64,000 nucleotides of DNA, from assembly GCF_018977255.1 (NCBI RefSeq), contig NW_024704743.1, positions 3,474,001-3,538,000 of the forward strand. Direction: 5' to 3'. The notes below the pieces were generated by a model. That model was not told the origin of the DNA and made no database searches. It saw nothing but the letters and a program-made list of their open reading frames with translations. This document shows, in pieces, positions 52,719 through 64,000 of this stretch. Both the position numbers and the translations under genes were made by a program. Within the stretch, counting starts at the first letter, position 1. Each line of letters opens with the position of its first letter. This DNA is from Callorhinchus milii (taxonomy: Eukaryota).

Positions 52719-52820
52719 CTGATCAAGAGAGATTCTTGCCGGTCTGTGATGCTCTGGTTTGATTCCTCTGAGAGATGTGTTGGAGCATCTCGACTGCAGT
52801 CTATTTAAACTTCCCGGCTC
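52719..52820 (-). promoter_or_regulatory. Core promoter and putative non-coding first exon of IFN copy B
   Basis: TTTAAATA at 52809-52802. Same donor (52718) and acceptor (52573) as copy A, giving a 146-nt 5'UTR intron in both genes. Confidence 0.55.
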
Positions 52821-53239
52821 TACACTTGATTATTAAAAACGAAACATATTTATTTCCCAATCCATTGGAGGGGTAATGTTCCTGTACAAGGGTGTGTTAA
52901 TCCATTAGTCAACACAAGTCCCAGTGGGATGTTTCCGTCCTCCAAATTACTCTTGATTTCCTACCTTCCAGCCATCGGGTCACTTTCAGGAAGAAATTGG
53001 ATCCTTACAACCAGTTTGGGGTTTTTGGAGGCTCTTAAGCAATTGGGGCCATGGGCAATGCTTACTCAACCAAAGGTGGGGGAAAAAAAATCAAACGCAA
53101 TTATAATTATTCTTCGGAACTCACGTGTGGTGTTTTTTTTAATCAGGAGTTGGCTTGCAAAGTCACTGCATTTTACAATAAATCTACGAAGTGCTTTGAG
53201 ACGTCCAGCTGATGTGAAAGATGCTGGAGTAAATAATAA

Positions 53240-53360
53240 TAATGCAATAATAATAATCCTTTCATTTGATGTTTAATAATCATAATCCTTTCATTTGATA
53301 TTTAATAATAATAATGCTTTCATTTGATATTTAATAATAATAATCCTTGCATTTGATACA
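53240..53360. repeat. Tandem reiteration of a SINE tail (AATAATAATCCTTTCATTTGATATTT) x4
   Basis: Direct observation; merges into a SINE 3' end. Confidence 0.85.
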
Positions 53361-55763
53361 GCGCCTTATCATGTCTTCGAGACGCCTCAAAGCGCTTCAC
53401 AGAATATACTGTAAAGTGAATTTTGTGGGCGAAACGTGGTAGACAATTGCGCACGGCAGCGTCCCACAGTCATGGATTGAAGGGTGGTCTCTTCTCTTCT
53501 AAAGATTTTTTTCATTTACTGTGTCTGGTAGGGCCAGCATTTGATGCCCAACCTCTCGCTGCCCTGAGATGATGGTCATTTAGTTTCTCTTCAGACAGTC
53601 CTTGTGACGGACTGAGATCTAAGAATTATTTCTGCCGCTGGATTATTTGAAGACAAGAGGGCGTGAATTAAAGATTATACAGTGGGACTCTACTATACTG
53701 CACTTTGATATAACGTGGGTCAGTATATAACACAAAGCACACAGTAGCCACACAATATACCGAAATGCAGTACAATTCCAACTTCTGGCACTGACTGTCT
53801 GGCGTCCGAATTGACAACAACAATTTGCATTTGTATCGAAGGCCTTCACACATTTGAAGTATGAAATGTTTGGCTGTTTGAGCAGAGTTGCTAAGGGCAT
53901 TTGAAAGGGAACGTTTATGTCAGCCTGACTTAGTTGGTAGCATTCTCATCGCTGCGTAAGAAGGTTCTGATTTTAAGCCCTGTGTTGGGACTTTGAGCTC
54001 ATAGTCCAGGCTGACACTTCAGTGCAGTGCTAAAGAAACACTGTGCCGATGGAGATGTCATTTTAATAAATTATAATAATCCATGCATTTGACATAGCGC
54101 ATTATCACATCGTAGATCGAAGCAATTCACCGGATTTTATGGTGAATCGTAGTGACTGTGCATTTTTGTACATCCAGTGCCTTGGGACGTCCTCCCGACC
54201 GGAAAGGCGCAATACAAATGTAATTTTGTGTTGTATTTTTAGGCAAAAGTCAATTAGCACACAGCAGTGTCCTGTCCACATGTAGGCATGAAATGACTGA
54301 CCAATTTTATCTGGGGAATTGCTGGCCAGGACAACAGGAAAAACTCCCTTCTCGCTTTTGGTTGAGATGTTAAACTGAGGTCCCGTCTGCCTCTTCAGGT
54401 GGATGTTAAAGATCCCATAGAAATGGCAGAGGTAATGGAGGCTGTCGGGGGCATTCCCCCTCCTCCCACCCCACCCCACCCCACCCCGGAGGCCTGTATG
54501 GGGCCTTTATCTCCCGCTCCATCTCTCTCCCCCTCGCTCTCCGCCTTGTCTTGTGCTTCACACGACCTAGTTCTCCGGTGTCCGGTTGATGATGGAATAG
54601 CCAGCCTGGCTCATTTGGCAAAATATGCCAATATGTCAACTTTATTCTACTCGAATATAAAGCATCAAACTATATTGAACCATGACTCCACGACTATCAC
54701 AAAATATGAGTGAGATCCATAGAATTGAGGCAAGGAATCCCATTCCAGAGATTCGGAGCATAGTGGCTGATAGCACGACCTGTGCCAGCCTAGCGAAGGT
54801 TGGAACAATTTACATAACAATTTACATTTCTATAGCGGCTTTTACACTGGGAGGATATTTTGAATGTCTCAAAGAGCTTCACACAGCTGCCTGGGAGCCC
54901 AAATATTTTTTTTGGGGTGGGTTGGGGTGGGGGGAAGGGGCGAGGGAGGGGGAGGGCTGTGAAGCTGAGGTGGGATACAAGCAGAATTCTTTTTTGAATA
55001 GTGCCATCTTTAGCACCCATCTGAAATCAGACCACCACCACCGACACCAAAATTACTTTTGTATTGCGCCTTTCACGTCAGGAGGACGTCACAAGGTCCC
55101 AAGACCTGAGTTTAATTCGGTACTGAAAGGACAGTGCTCCCCCAGTAGTGGAGTCCTATATTGTAGTGGTTACAGCACTCGCCTTCACAAGCGAGAGGAC
55201 CCGGGTTCGATTCCCGGGCAGAGAGAAACCTTAGGCAGGTTTCCATACTGCACACGTCTATGTTTAACTAGCAGTAAGTAGGAACCTGATTGTTAGTTGA
55301 TTGGCCGAACACTTTCCGGAGGTAATAGTCCCTTCAAAAATAATAATAATAATAATTTGGTCACTCAATCCATGACTATTGGTAGGACACTGCTGTGCCC
55401 AATTGGCTCCCACATTTCGCCCACAAAATATACTGTGGATTGACTTTACAACTGTTATATAGCATTTATATAGTGCCCCCTAATCAGGGTACCAGAACTC
55501 TTGAGATGCTTGGGAATGCTTTACGGTATATTCCGTGAAGCGCTTTGAGACATCTTAACAACGTGATACGACGCAGGATTAAATGCAAGGATTTACTTAT
55601 TTAAATTTTAGTGTACTGGAGTGTCCAACCGTTACTTTGAGCTGAAAGTGCCGTTGTGGGGCGGGCATGAAACAACAGCCTTTTGACACAGCGGTGACAG
55701 TGAGACCCAATGGGCCAGTCCAAAACCTGAGAAGGAAAACACGAGTAAAGTTTGAAGTGAACC

Positions 55764-55780
55764 GTTTCAGTTTCCTTTCC
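55764..55780 (-). promoter_or_regulatory. ISRE/IRF element about 3 kb upstream of IFN copy B
   Basis: GGAAAGGAAACTGAAAC on the minus strand matches GAAANNGAAA with an extra GAAA, inside an apparently unique segment at 55620-55900. Confidence 0.45.
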
Positions 55781-56129
55781 AAGATAAACCGTTCTGCTTC
55801 ACAGAATGCCTCGGTTTCCCCAAAAAGCAATCAGATTATTCACTGCATGTGCAATGAACTCCTCCCACATTGTGACAGAGAAACAGAGAAAAGTACCCTA
55901 TGAATATTTCTGAATTGGACAATTTTGTGTACCTGAAAGCAGGATGTCACAATGAGCTACATATCAGTCATCCTTACAGGTCAGCCACGCTGTCATGCGA
56001 TACTTGGAACACTTGGAATTTGGAAATTTTATATTCTCCTTGTTCTTTCTTGCTTAACAAGTGGAAACAGCCTCTCCATTTACCGTATTAAAACGACCCA
56101 GTTTTGAAACCTCAGTTACATCCTGCCAC

Positions 56130-56457
56130 AATAGTAATAATAATAATAATAATCCTGGCATTTGATATAGCGCTTTTCACGTCGGGAGGACGTCCCAAAG
56201 CGCTTCACAGAACACACTGTAAAGTGAATTGACTGTATGTTTGTGGGCGAACGCGGCAGCCAATTGCGCACAGCAATGTCCCACAAACAGTCGTAGATTG
56301 AAAATGACCAATTTATTATTGTTTTTTTGGAGGGATTATTATTAGGCTCTGTGTGGAGTAAGGAAACTTGCCAAGGTTTCGCCCTCTGCCTGGAATTGAA
56401 CTCAGGTCTATCACTTGCAAAGCGAGTGCTCTAACCACTGAGCTACAGGACTCCACA
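56130..56457 (-). mobile_element. Full-length tRNA-derived SINE
   Basis: Same family as the 6219 and 50565 copies. Confidence 0.9.
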
Positions 56458-57049
56458 AAGCTCCCCTGCTCTTTTTTGTGGTCGTTCAGGTGTCTAACCC
56501 ATGCGGAAACCAATCACCATGCGTAAGAATGTCCAGACCATGGCGGGCACTGACTGGAAAAGCGTCTTGCTGCTTGTCAAGCTAACGCCCACCGCCCTGT
56601 ACGTTAGGGCATCGGCTCGTCGGATTAACAGGAGCTGAGTGAGAATAATTGCCAGTATCTTGTTTGACTCCCAACTGTTCTTTAAGCCCCACATCTGTGC
56701 TCCGGCCCGTTCAGCTGATGTTGAGCCAAGCGTATCATTAACACTGCTCTGGTGTACTGCAGAACTTCCAGGCTCAGGGGAGCAGGTACCAGGAAGTCCC
56801 AGTGAGCTTCAGGGTAAGTAGTGCAACTCAGCATAGAATCCATGCAGAGCTTTGCCATTAACTATCTGCCCACATTTTGGGCACACATCCTTTACTGAGC
56901 AATTGCTCTCCCTGTTGGAAGTGCGAAGCTTTCAGTAGCAGCTGCTTACCTCTCTGCATACCAATCAAGGTTGATACCAGGCCCTGGCTAAATAATACAG
57001 TGCTATACAGTTCTCAAATTCTAAAGTATTTTACAGTTCTCAAAATCTC

Positions 57050-57845
57050 CAATCAGCTCAATTTAATATCAAGATCTCTGCCTCCTTCAACACTGTTGGT
57101 CACGTTATTCTTCTCTGCCTCCTCTTCCCCAGCTCCACCTTCATGGTTCTGTCCTCTCCTGATTTCACTCTCACCTATCCCGGGGTCTTCACCTTGTCTC
57201 TTCTAACGGTTTCTGCTCCCGTCCCTGCAATGTCACACGCAGCCTTCCTTGAGGCTATATCCTTTTTAATATCTACATGCTCCCTCTCAGCGATGTCAAC
57301 CACGGGTTAATTTCCATACCCAACTTTATCTCGCTGTCTCCACCATTGATTCCAGGTCCACTGCTGTCCTGACGGATTGTCTGTCAGATGTCAAGCCTTG
57401 GATGAGAGCTAACTTTCTCTAGTCGAAGGTCAACAAGACCGAGGCTCTCCTGCTCGGCTCCTGTTAGTGCCTCAATAGGCGCTGATAACATCACCATCCA
57501 CGGAACACTCCACGAGCCGATGATTCATATCCTCTTTCGACTCCAATGGCTTATCTCCCAATAGATCATATTCATCCTCACATTAAAGTCCCTCCATGGC
57601 CTCTGGGATCCTCCTGTCATTATGCTCCCTCTCTCTGGAACTCCACTCCATTGTCAGTCCGCTCTTCCCCTCTCTCCCTTTCAAGTCGATCTTAAGATCT
57701 ATCTTATGGACTGCACTTTTGATCACCTTTGCCCTCTCCACCCTCTCCATACCATCCACATTTCCCTGCCACCGGTTCAGTCTGCCAGTCAGCAGCATTG
57801 GGATGTTTTCTTGATGTGAAAGGCGTTATAAAAATGTAAATTGTT
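57050..57845 (+). mobile_element. Old degenerate L2 fragment
   Basis: CLSDVKPWMRANFL..KTEALL-like sequence and L2-type tail. Confidence 0.7.
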
Positions 57846-58443
57846 GTAATATAAATGGAATAATTTGAAATAATGTACTGTTCAACAACAACAAATTACA
57901 TTTTTTGTAATTTAAAGCACCTTTCACGTCAGGAGGACATTTATAATAATTAATCTGCAAATGAGATCTACATTATTTATTCTGTAGGGGGCCAATTTAT
58001 TTGCAATAACATAAATCACAATTTTGTGGTAGTGTTAGGAATAGTTTTATTGTCTACATTTAATTCAGGTTCAATAGCTATTTTTGTGTGAAGACTGCAT
58101 TTTCAATAACCAGAATCTCTTTCAGAGTGCAATAGCTTGGATCCGAGATCAAATCCAAGGATCAAAGCCAGTATAAATGATGTCAGATACTACAACAGAG
58201 AAGTAAGAATTTTGGTTAGATGCTGATGGTGTCTTTGTCTTAAGATGCAGGTTTACAAACAGGAATCGCAACCAAAGATCAATATCTCTGCCAAAAAGCT
58301 GGGATCGGGGATGATGGCAGTAGTAATTAAAGTCAGTAAAGACGGAGCTATATTTGGAATTTCAATCTCAGGCAGTGTTAGCAGTAATTAAACATTATGC
58401 TGTGCTTTGGTGAATGAGTCTCACTGCCTGCAGAAGGTACATC

Positions 58444-61400
58444 TTAGGAAACAGAATCAGCGCCATTAACAGGATTGGTCACATCTGCAGTCTCAGGTGC
58501 AGTCACTTCTGTGGTCTCAGGTGCAGCCACTTCTGTGGTTTCAGGCGCAGCCACTTCTGTGGTCTCAGGCGCAGTCACTTCTGTGGTCTCAGGCTCAGTC
58601 ACTTCGGTGGTCTCAGGCTCAGTCATTTCTGCAGTCTCAGGCGCAGTCACTTCGGTGGTTTCAGGTGCAGTCACTTCTGTGGTTTCAGGCTCAGTCACTT
58701 CTGTGGTCTCAGGAGCAGTCATTTCTGCAGTCTCAGGCGCAGTCACTTCTGTGGTTTCAGGTGCAGTCACTTCTGTGGTCTCAGGAGCAGTCACTTCTGC
58801 GGATTCAGGGCTAGCAGCAGCAGTGACAGCTGCAGACTCAGGGCTAGCAGCAGCAGTGACAGCTGCAGACTCAGGGCTAGCAGTAGTCACAGCTGCAGAC
58901 TCAGGGCTAGCAGTAGTCACAGCTGCAGACTCAGGGCTAGCAGTAGTCAAATCTGTAGACACAGGACTAACAGGAGCAGTCACATCAGCAGAAACAGGAG
59001 TACTAACGGGAGGAACTACATCTGAGGATTCTAGATCAGTGCTGGTAATGGGTGCAGATTCATCCAATATATTGGAATCTGGGCCAAGAATGGAGGCATC
59101 TACAGCTGGGGATTCAGACGGCACAGAGCCATCAACAGAAGATTCATCTGGCGAGGCTAATTCATCAGGGCCACGAATAGGAACCGTCATATCTTGGGAA
59201 ACAGGCTCACTAATAGAAGATTCTACATCTTGAGAAACAGGCTCACTGATAGGAGATTCTATACTTTGGGAAACAGGCTCACTGGTAGATTCTATATCCT
59301 GAGAAACGGGTTCACTGATGAGAGATTCTACATCTTGGGAGCCAGGCTCACTAACAGAAACAGGTAGATCTGCAGAGTCAGGATGGGGCACTTTGGTAGA
59401 AGTATCTGTAGCTTGGGAATCAGAGGCGATAGTGGCAGGAACAACTTTAGAAGATTCAGCTACCTCTGAAACTTCAACATCAGATTCTTCAATGAGGGCC
59501 ATTTGTGTCGGTTCACTACTTTCAATTTCTTGCATGAAAATAGTTGTGCTTGAGGAAGCAGAATCAACAGTTTGGGTGGAAGGAGACGTGTGCAGAAAGC
59601 CGGTGGTGGACATGGTTGTAGACAGGTCTGTAGTGATGAGAAAAAAATACTAAATACAGAAACCACATTTTCACATACACAAATCAATGATACAATGATA
59701 CAGAAAGAGTTTAGAGAAATAAGGAAATGTGAAAAAAGTGACAAAGAAGAAAAAAGAATCTACTCCAAACTGGGAAGTAAATTATGTGCAGAAGTCAAAT
59801 ATGCAATAATTTCTAAAGGGATTCCTCAATCAAGGAATCCAAGTAAGGTCTCTTATTGAAAATCTAAACGCATCACACATTTGTCTCACTAACTCGGAGG
59901 AACTAACTGCATAGGATCAGGATTCCTGTGAGCCAACTTGAAGAAATTCTAAATTTACTTAAAGAATCCTGTTAGAAATCATTGCATATTACAACAACTT
60001 GCATTTATGTAGTGCTCTTCACGTACAGTAATGTCTCAGACTGCTTTACAGAGACAAAGGTAGATTTTAGATTGAAGCAAGGTATATAGCAAGGTAAACA
60101 GCTAAATAAATAAGCAGCAAGACAGAGGGTTTGAAAGAAGGAGTTCCAGTCCAGAAATGGGAGCAGAAGCTTTGGCTGCCAATGGTAGGGCAGAGAGAAA
60201 AGGGGATGTACAGAAGGTCTGGGTTTGCTGTATGTAGGGAGCCAGTGGGGGCAGGAAAGACAGAAATAATGGGGCTGTGAAGTTTTGTGCAGGTAAGCAT
60301 ACGAGCAGCGGAGTTTTGGATAATTTGTCGCTTGCAGATATTGGAGCTGGGGAGGCTGGTGAGGAGGGCATTTGAGAAGTTGAGTCTGCAGTTGACAAAG
60401 GCAGGAATAAGACTTTGGGCAGTATTGGTTATGAGATAGAGACATAGGCATGCAATATGGCAAAGGTGTAGATCGGTCTGCTTCAGAGATATGAGGGGAG
60501 GACAGCTGAGGATTAGCCTGAACATTAAGGTTTTGTACTGATTCAATGAGTTGGAGATAGAGAGTAGGAAGGCTGAAGTGATTGAGAAAGAAGAAGTCAG
60601 AAAACATTGGTGGGAAATGAAGGGAATGTCTTCCATCTTGTTCATGTTTAGGTGAAGGAGGTTTAGGCTCATCCAGGACTTGAAATTTGACAGGCAGGCT
60701 TGTCAGAAGGTCAATGGCCCAGGAATCAAAGGTAGAATTAGAGAAGTACAATTGGACATAATCCGCATACAGGTTAGACCCGTATTAGATTTTTTTAAAA
60801 TTAGAAATGCACATATTAGAATTAGCTTGCTAGTTTTTTTTAAAAGTTACCTATGATAATTCCAAATTGATCAAGTACAGCTTCTCCAAAAATTAAGCGA
60901 ATATGTTGCCGAGCATGTTGGATACTGGATGAACCATGGAGTCCATTCTGTAAAATGCTTTTACCAAACTGAGCTCGAAAAGAATTAGGAAAAGACTTCT
61001 TTGCCAATTCAAGGTCTGCAGGCCCCATCAGGTCCCTCCAATCCCTGACTGCATTTTCTTTGGTTAGAATCATCATCAGCGATGTACCACTGTGTAAATA
61101 AATGAAAAAAAAATAGTAATAAAGGGAAATACTGTATACTGAAATGATTACTACCCACTTCTTACTTTGAGTTGAGATCTACCTTTGCATTCAGCTTTAC
61201 AAGATTTACAAATTTACAAGACGTGAGAGTGCTACCAAATGAGTCAGACTGACATCTACATACAAATAAATTATGCAAAAGTAATGTCCTGTAGCGTATT
61301 GGTTACAGTGCTCGCCTTGCAAGCGAGAGACCCTGGTACGATTCCTGGGCAGGGCGAAATCTTAGTTAAGTTTCCTTACCCCACAGCCTCTGTTCACCTA

Positions 61401-63624
61401 CAACAACAACAACAACAAGATTTCATTTTTAGAGCGCCTTTCACGTCGGGAGGACATCCCAACGCGCTGGACAGTTGGGTCAGGATATGACCATTTATTT
61501 CATTTATGACCAATACTAAGATTTCGAGCACTAGGATTACTTTTAGAACACAGGTGAAAGGGTGGTGGTACCCCGATCAAAGAAAAACAACTGGTTTCAG
61601 ATGGAATTGTAAATTTTTACAGTTTCTTACTCAAACTATTAAGAAATAAAATTCCAAGAGGTTGAAATTCTATTGCAGAATATCTGGAGAGTAAATAAAA
61701 ATAATACTAATCCTTGCATTTGGAACATTCCTTTCACGCTAGGGACGACATCTCATAGATTTACATAGACAGTACAGCACAGAAACAGGCCATTCGGCCC
61801 AACCAGTCTGTGCCGATGTTTATATTCCACACGTACCTCCAACTTCTCCTTACTCCTACCATATTCTTCATTCACTTCTTCCTCATGTGGATTACCTAAC
61901 TTCCTATTAAATGCATCTGCACATCCTGCTTCAACCACCACTTTGGCCAGTACTGTAGATTTCTACCTTTTCATTACCCTCTGCATGAAGTCATTCTTCC
62001 CAAAGTATCTTTTAGATTCCTTATCTTAAATCTGTATTCTGTGGTTACAAACTCCCCAACAAGAGGGAACAGTCTACTTATACTAACATTATCATTTTGT
62101 AATTTTATAATTTTAAACACGTCTATTAGTTCCTCTCTTAAACGTTTCTTTAGCCAAAAATGGCCTTTCTATCCAGTCTATCCTGATAGACAGCCCCAGG
62201 TATCATCCTACAATACCTATTCTGCATACAACAACAAAAACAACAACAACAACAAAATTACATTTATAGAACGCCTTTCATGTCAGGAGGACGTCCCAAA
62301 GCATTGTATACTTTCCGTTGTTGCTATATGCTTCTTATAGTATGGTAATGAGAATTGGACACAGTTCTCCAAAGGTGGTCCAACCAAGGTTTGTACAAAT
62401 TCAACATTACTTCTTCACTTTTATACTCTTTAGCTCTGGATATAAAGCCAAGACCCAATTGGCCTTTTATGGTCTTATCTGCTTGTGTTTTTTTTAGAAA
62501 TTTGTGGAATCTGAATTCCCAGATCTATCTTCTCCTCTACTCCTCTTACGTTCCTACCCATCTAACCTATAGATGGCTTCTTTAATCTTTTTCTGGCAAA
62601 GTGAATTGTTTCACATTTTCTTATGTTAAATTTAATTTGGCATCTGCCTGCCCAATCTGATAGCCTTTTATTTATCATGCCCCCCTCCCCAGTTTGCTGT
62701 CATCTGTAAATTTTGACACCACACCTTCTATATCTGAGTTTCAAAGCAAAATATAGTACTTGTAGTCAAATAGGGCAGCCAAAATGTGCAGCAATGTCCC
62801 ACAAACAGCCATGAATGAGCAATTTTATTTGGTGGACTGGTGGCCAGGAGACCGTGAAAAACTCCCTCCACTTTTTGAATAACGCCATGGGATCTTTAAC
62901 ATCCACAAGGTGCACAACATGGTACTGATTAATAACATTCAAATACCTTCAATGTCAATGTATACTGGCAGCACATCTCTTCCCCTTGAAAGACTCCAAC
63001 AACAACAACAACAGAATTACATTTGTACAGTGCGTTTCACTTTGGATGTTCCAAGGCACTGGACAGACAGAAGTTTGGACCCGAGCTGGGCTTTGGGGTC
63101 AGGGAGTGTGGAGGGCGAGGAGGGAAGCAGGGGGATCGAAAGCCCGGTCGAAGAGGCGGCTCTTGAGATGGGTGAAGGAAGCAAGGGAAGGGGCGAGGCG
63201 AAGCGACTGCAGGATAGCTTTCTGGAGGGTGGGGGGAGAATGGCAGGAGGACCACCATAGTGGAGCGAGCAAGGCGGGGCACGTGAAGCAGGCCGGAGCC
63301 CGCTGAGCGGAGGGAGTGAGCAGGATGGTAGGGGGTTAGGAGGTCCCATCCAGTTTATTGCATATGAGTGCACAGTCATCCCAAACATACTATACAAATT
63401 AAATAGGGTTTGCTCCCAACATTGTTGCATTAAATCACCCCACAGGAAATATTAGCTATTTCCATTATCAATTAATTACCGAGACATGTAGTTCACCAGT
63501 TCTTTGAAATGTGCTTTTCCTTTCTGATCTTTATAGAATTCTGCTGCCATTTCAGGAGTCAACTCAACTGATTTCATTGCAGAAATAATGAAGCCTGATT
63601 TCTGGATTTTGGCTATAATCTCTT
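58444..63624 (-). CDS. 3' end of an NME8/NME9 (TXNDC3/TXNDC6)-like NDP-kinase-domain gene. Exons 63624-63480, 61089-60851, 59627-58444; 5' part lies beyond the window
   Basis: Spliced in compatible phases (2, then 1): EEIIAKIQKSGFIISAMKSVELTPEMAAEFYKDQKGKAHFKELVNYMSR/GTSLMMILTKENAVRDWRDLMGPADLELAKKSFPNSFRAQFGKSILQNGLHGSSS...FGIII/DLSTTMSTTG.... NDPK-fold motifs (AAEFY, W-x-x-LMGP, P-x-S-x-RA-x-FG, N-x-x-HGS). AATAAA on minus at about 58051-58046. Confidence 0.85.
58480..58950 (-). repeat. Coding tandem repeats: 24-nt (TAPETTEV)n and 30-33-nt (TTASPESAAV)n
   Basis: Visible in the sequence and in the 389-aa ORF 58444-59613. Additional EPVSQD(I/V)ES repeats lie at about 59190-59350. Confidence 0.95.
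60000..60765 (-). mobile_element. Old L2 fragment in the last intron of the NME-like gene
   Basis: [24 protein letters not shown] peptide. Confidence 0.8.
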
Positions 63625-64000
63625 CTGCAGATGGGAGAAACAAAAAAAAATCTTATAAAGTAAGGCATTATACAGAAAATACACACTAAACCTACTGCAA
63701 AACCTAGGATGTGTTTATATTTAATATAAAATGGTGTTCCTAAAAAATACATATTTTATATGTCAAGGTATCAATGGATAATTTTAGGTTTTCTGTCAAT
63801 GTAATAATAATAATTCATGCATTTGGTATAGCGACTTATCACGACTTATTTGGTCAAGGCAGCAGACTGCAAAAGTTTCGGTGAAGCTGACTAACCATAT
63901 AGTTTGTAAGTCAAGCTGCTTTCAGTGCCTGAGAACAACAACTTACATTTATACAACGTCCTTCGCGCGGGGTAGAGTCCCGGAGTGCTGAGATTTGATC

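Noticed and set aside
58414..59233. Plus-strand ORFs of 203, 252 and 105 aa (Cys/Arg-rich or VTSVVSG repeats)
   Set aside because: Antisense shadows of the coding tandem repeat in the NME-like terminal exon.

Overview
Vertebrate genomic DNA, most likely a cartilaginous fish (inferred from the dense L2/CR1 LINE and tRNA-SINE landscape and intron-containing interferon genes). Three gene systems can be assembled by hand from splice sites; none is evident as a single ORF. (1) 1.26-30.6 kb, + strand: the 3' part of an unidentified gene of about 33 short exons. Nearly all are phase-1/phase-1 symmetric and they form an exon cassette repeated about 2.4 times, encoding >900 aa of Pro/Ser/Gln-rich low-complexity protein. 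(2) 39.3-42.1 kb and 51.1-52.8 kb, - strand: two intact tandem interferon-like cytokine genes (172 and 169 aa). Each has 5 coding exons, phase-0 introns, a signal peptide, 4 conserved Cys, a C-terminal CAWE motif and an N-terminal CxxxxxW motif. Their 5' ends are nearly identical, their exons 2-5 are diverged, and each has duplicated non-coding blocks rich in IRF/NF-kB-like motifs. (3) 58.4-63.6 kb, - strand: the 3' end of an NME8/NME9-like NDP-kinase-domain gene ending in a long acidic tandem-repeat exon. Most remaining ORFs in the track are retroelement fragments or noise.
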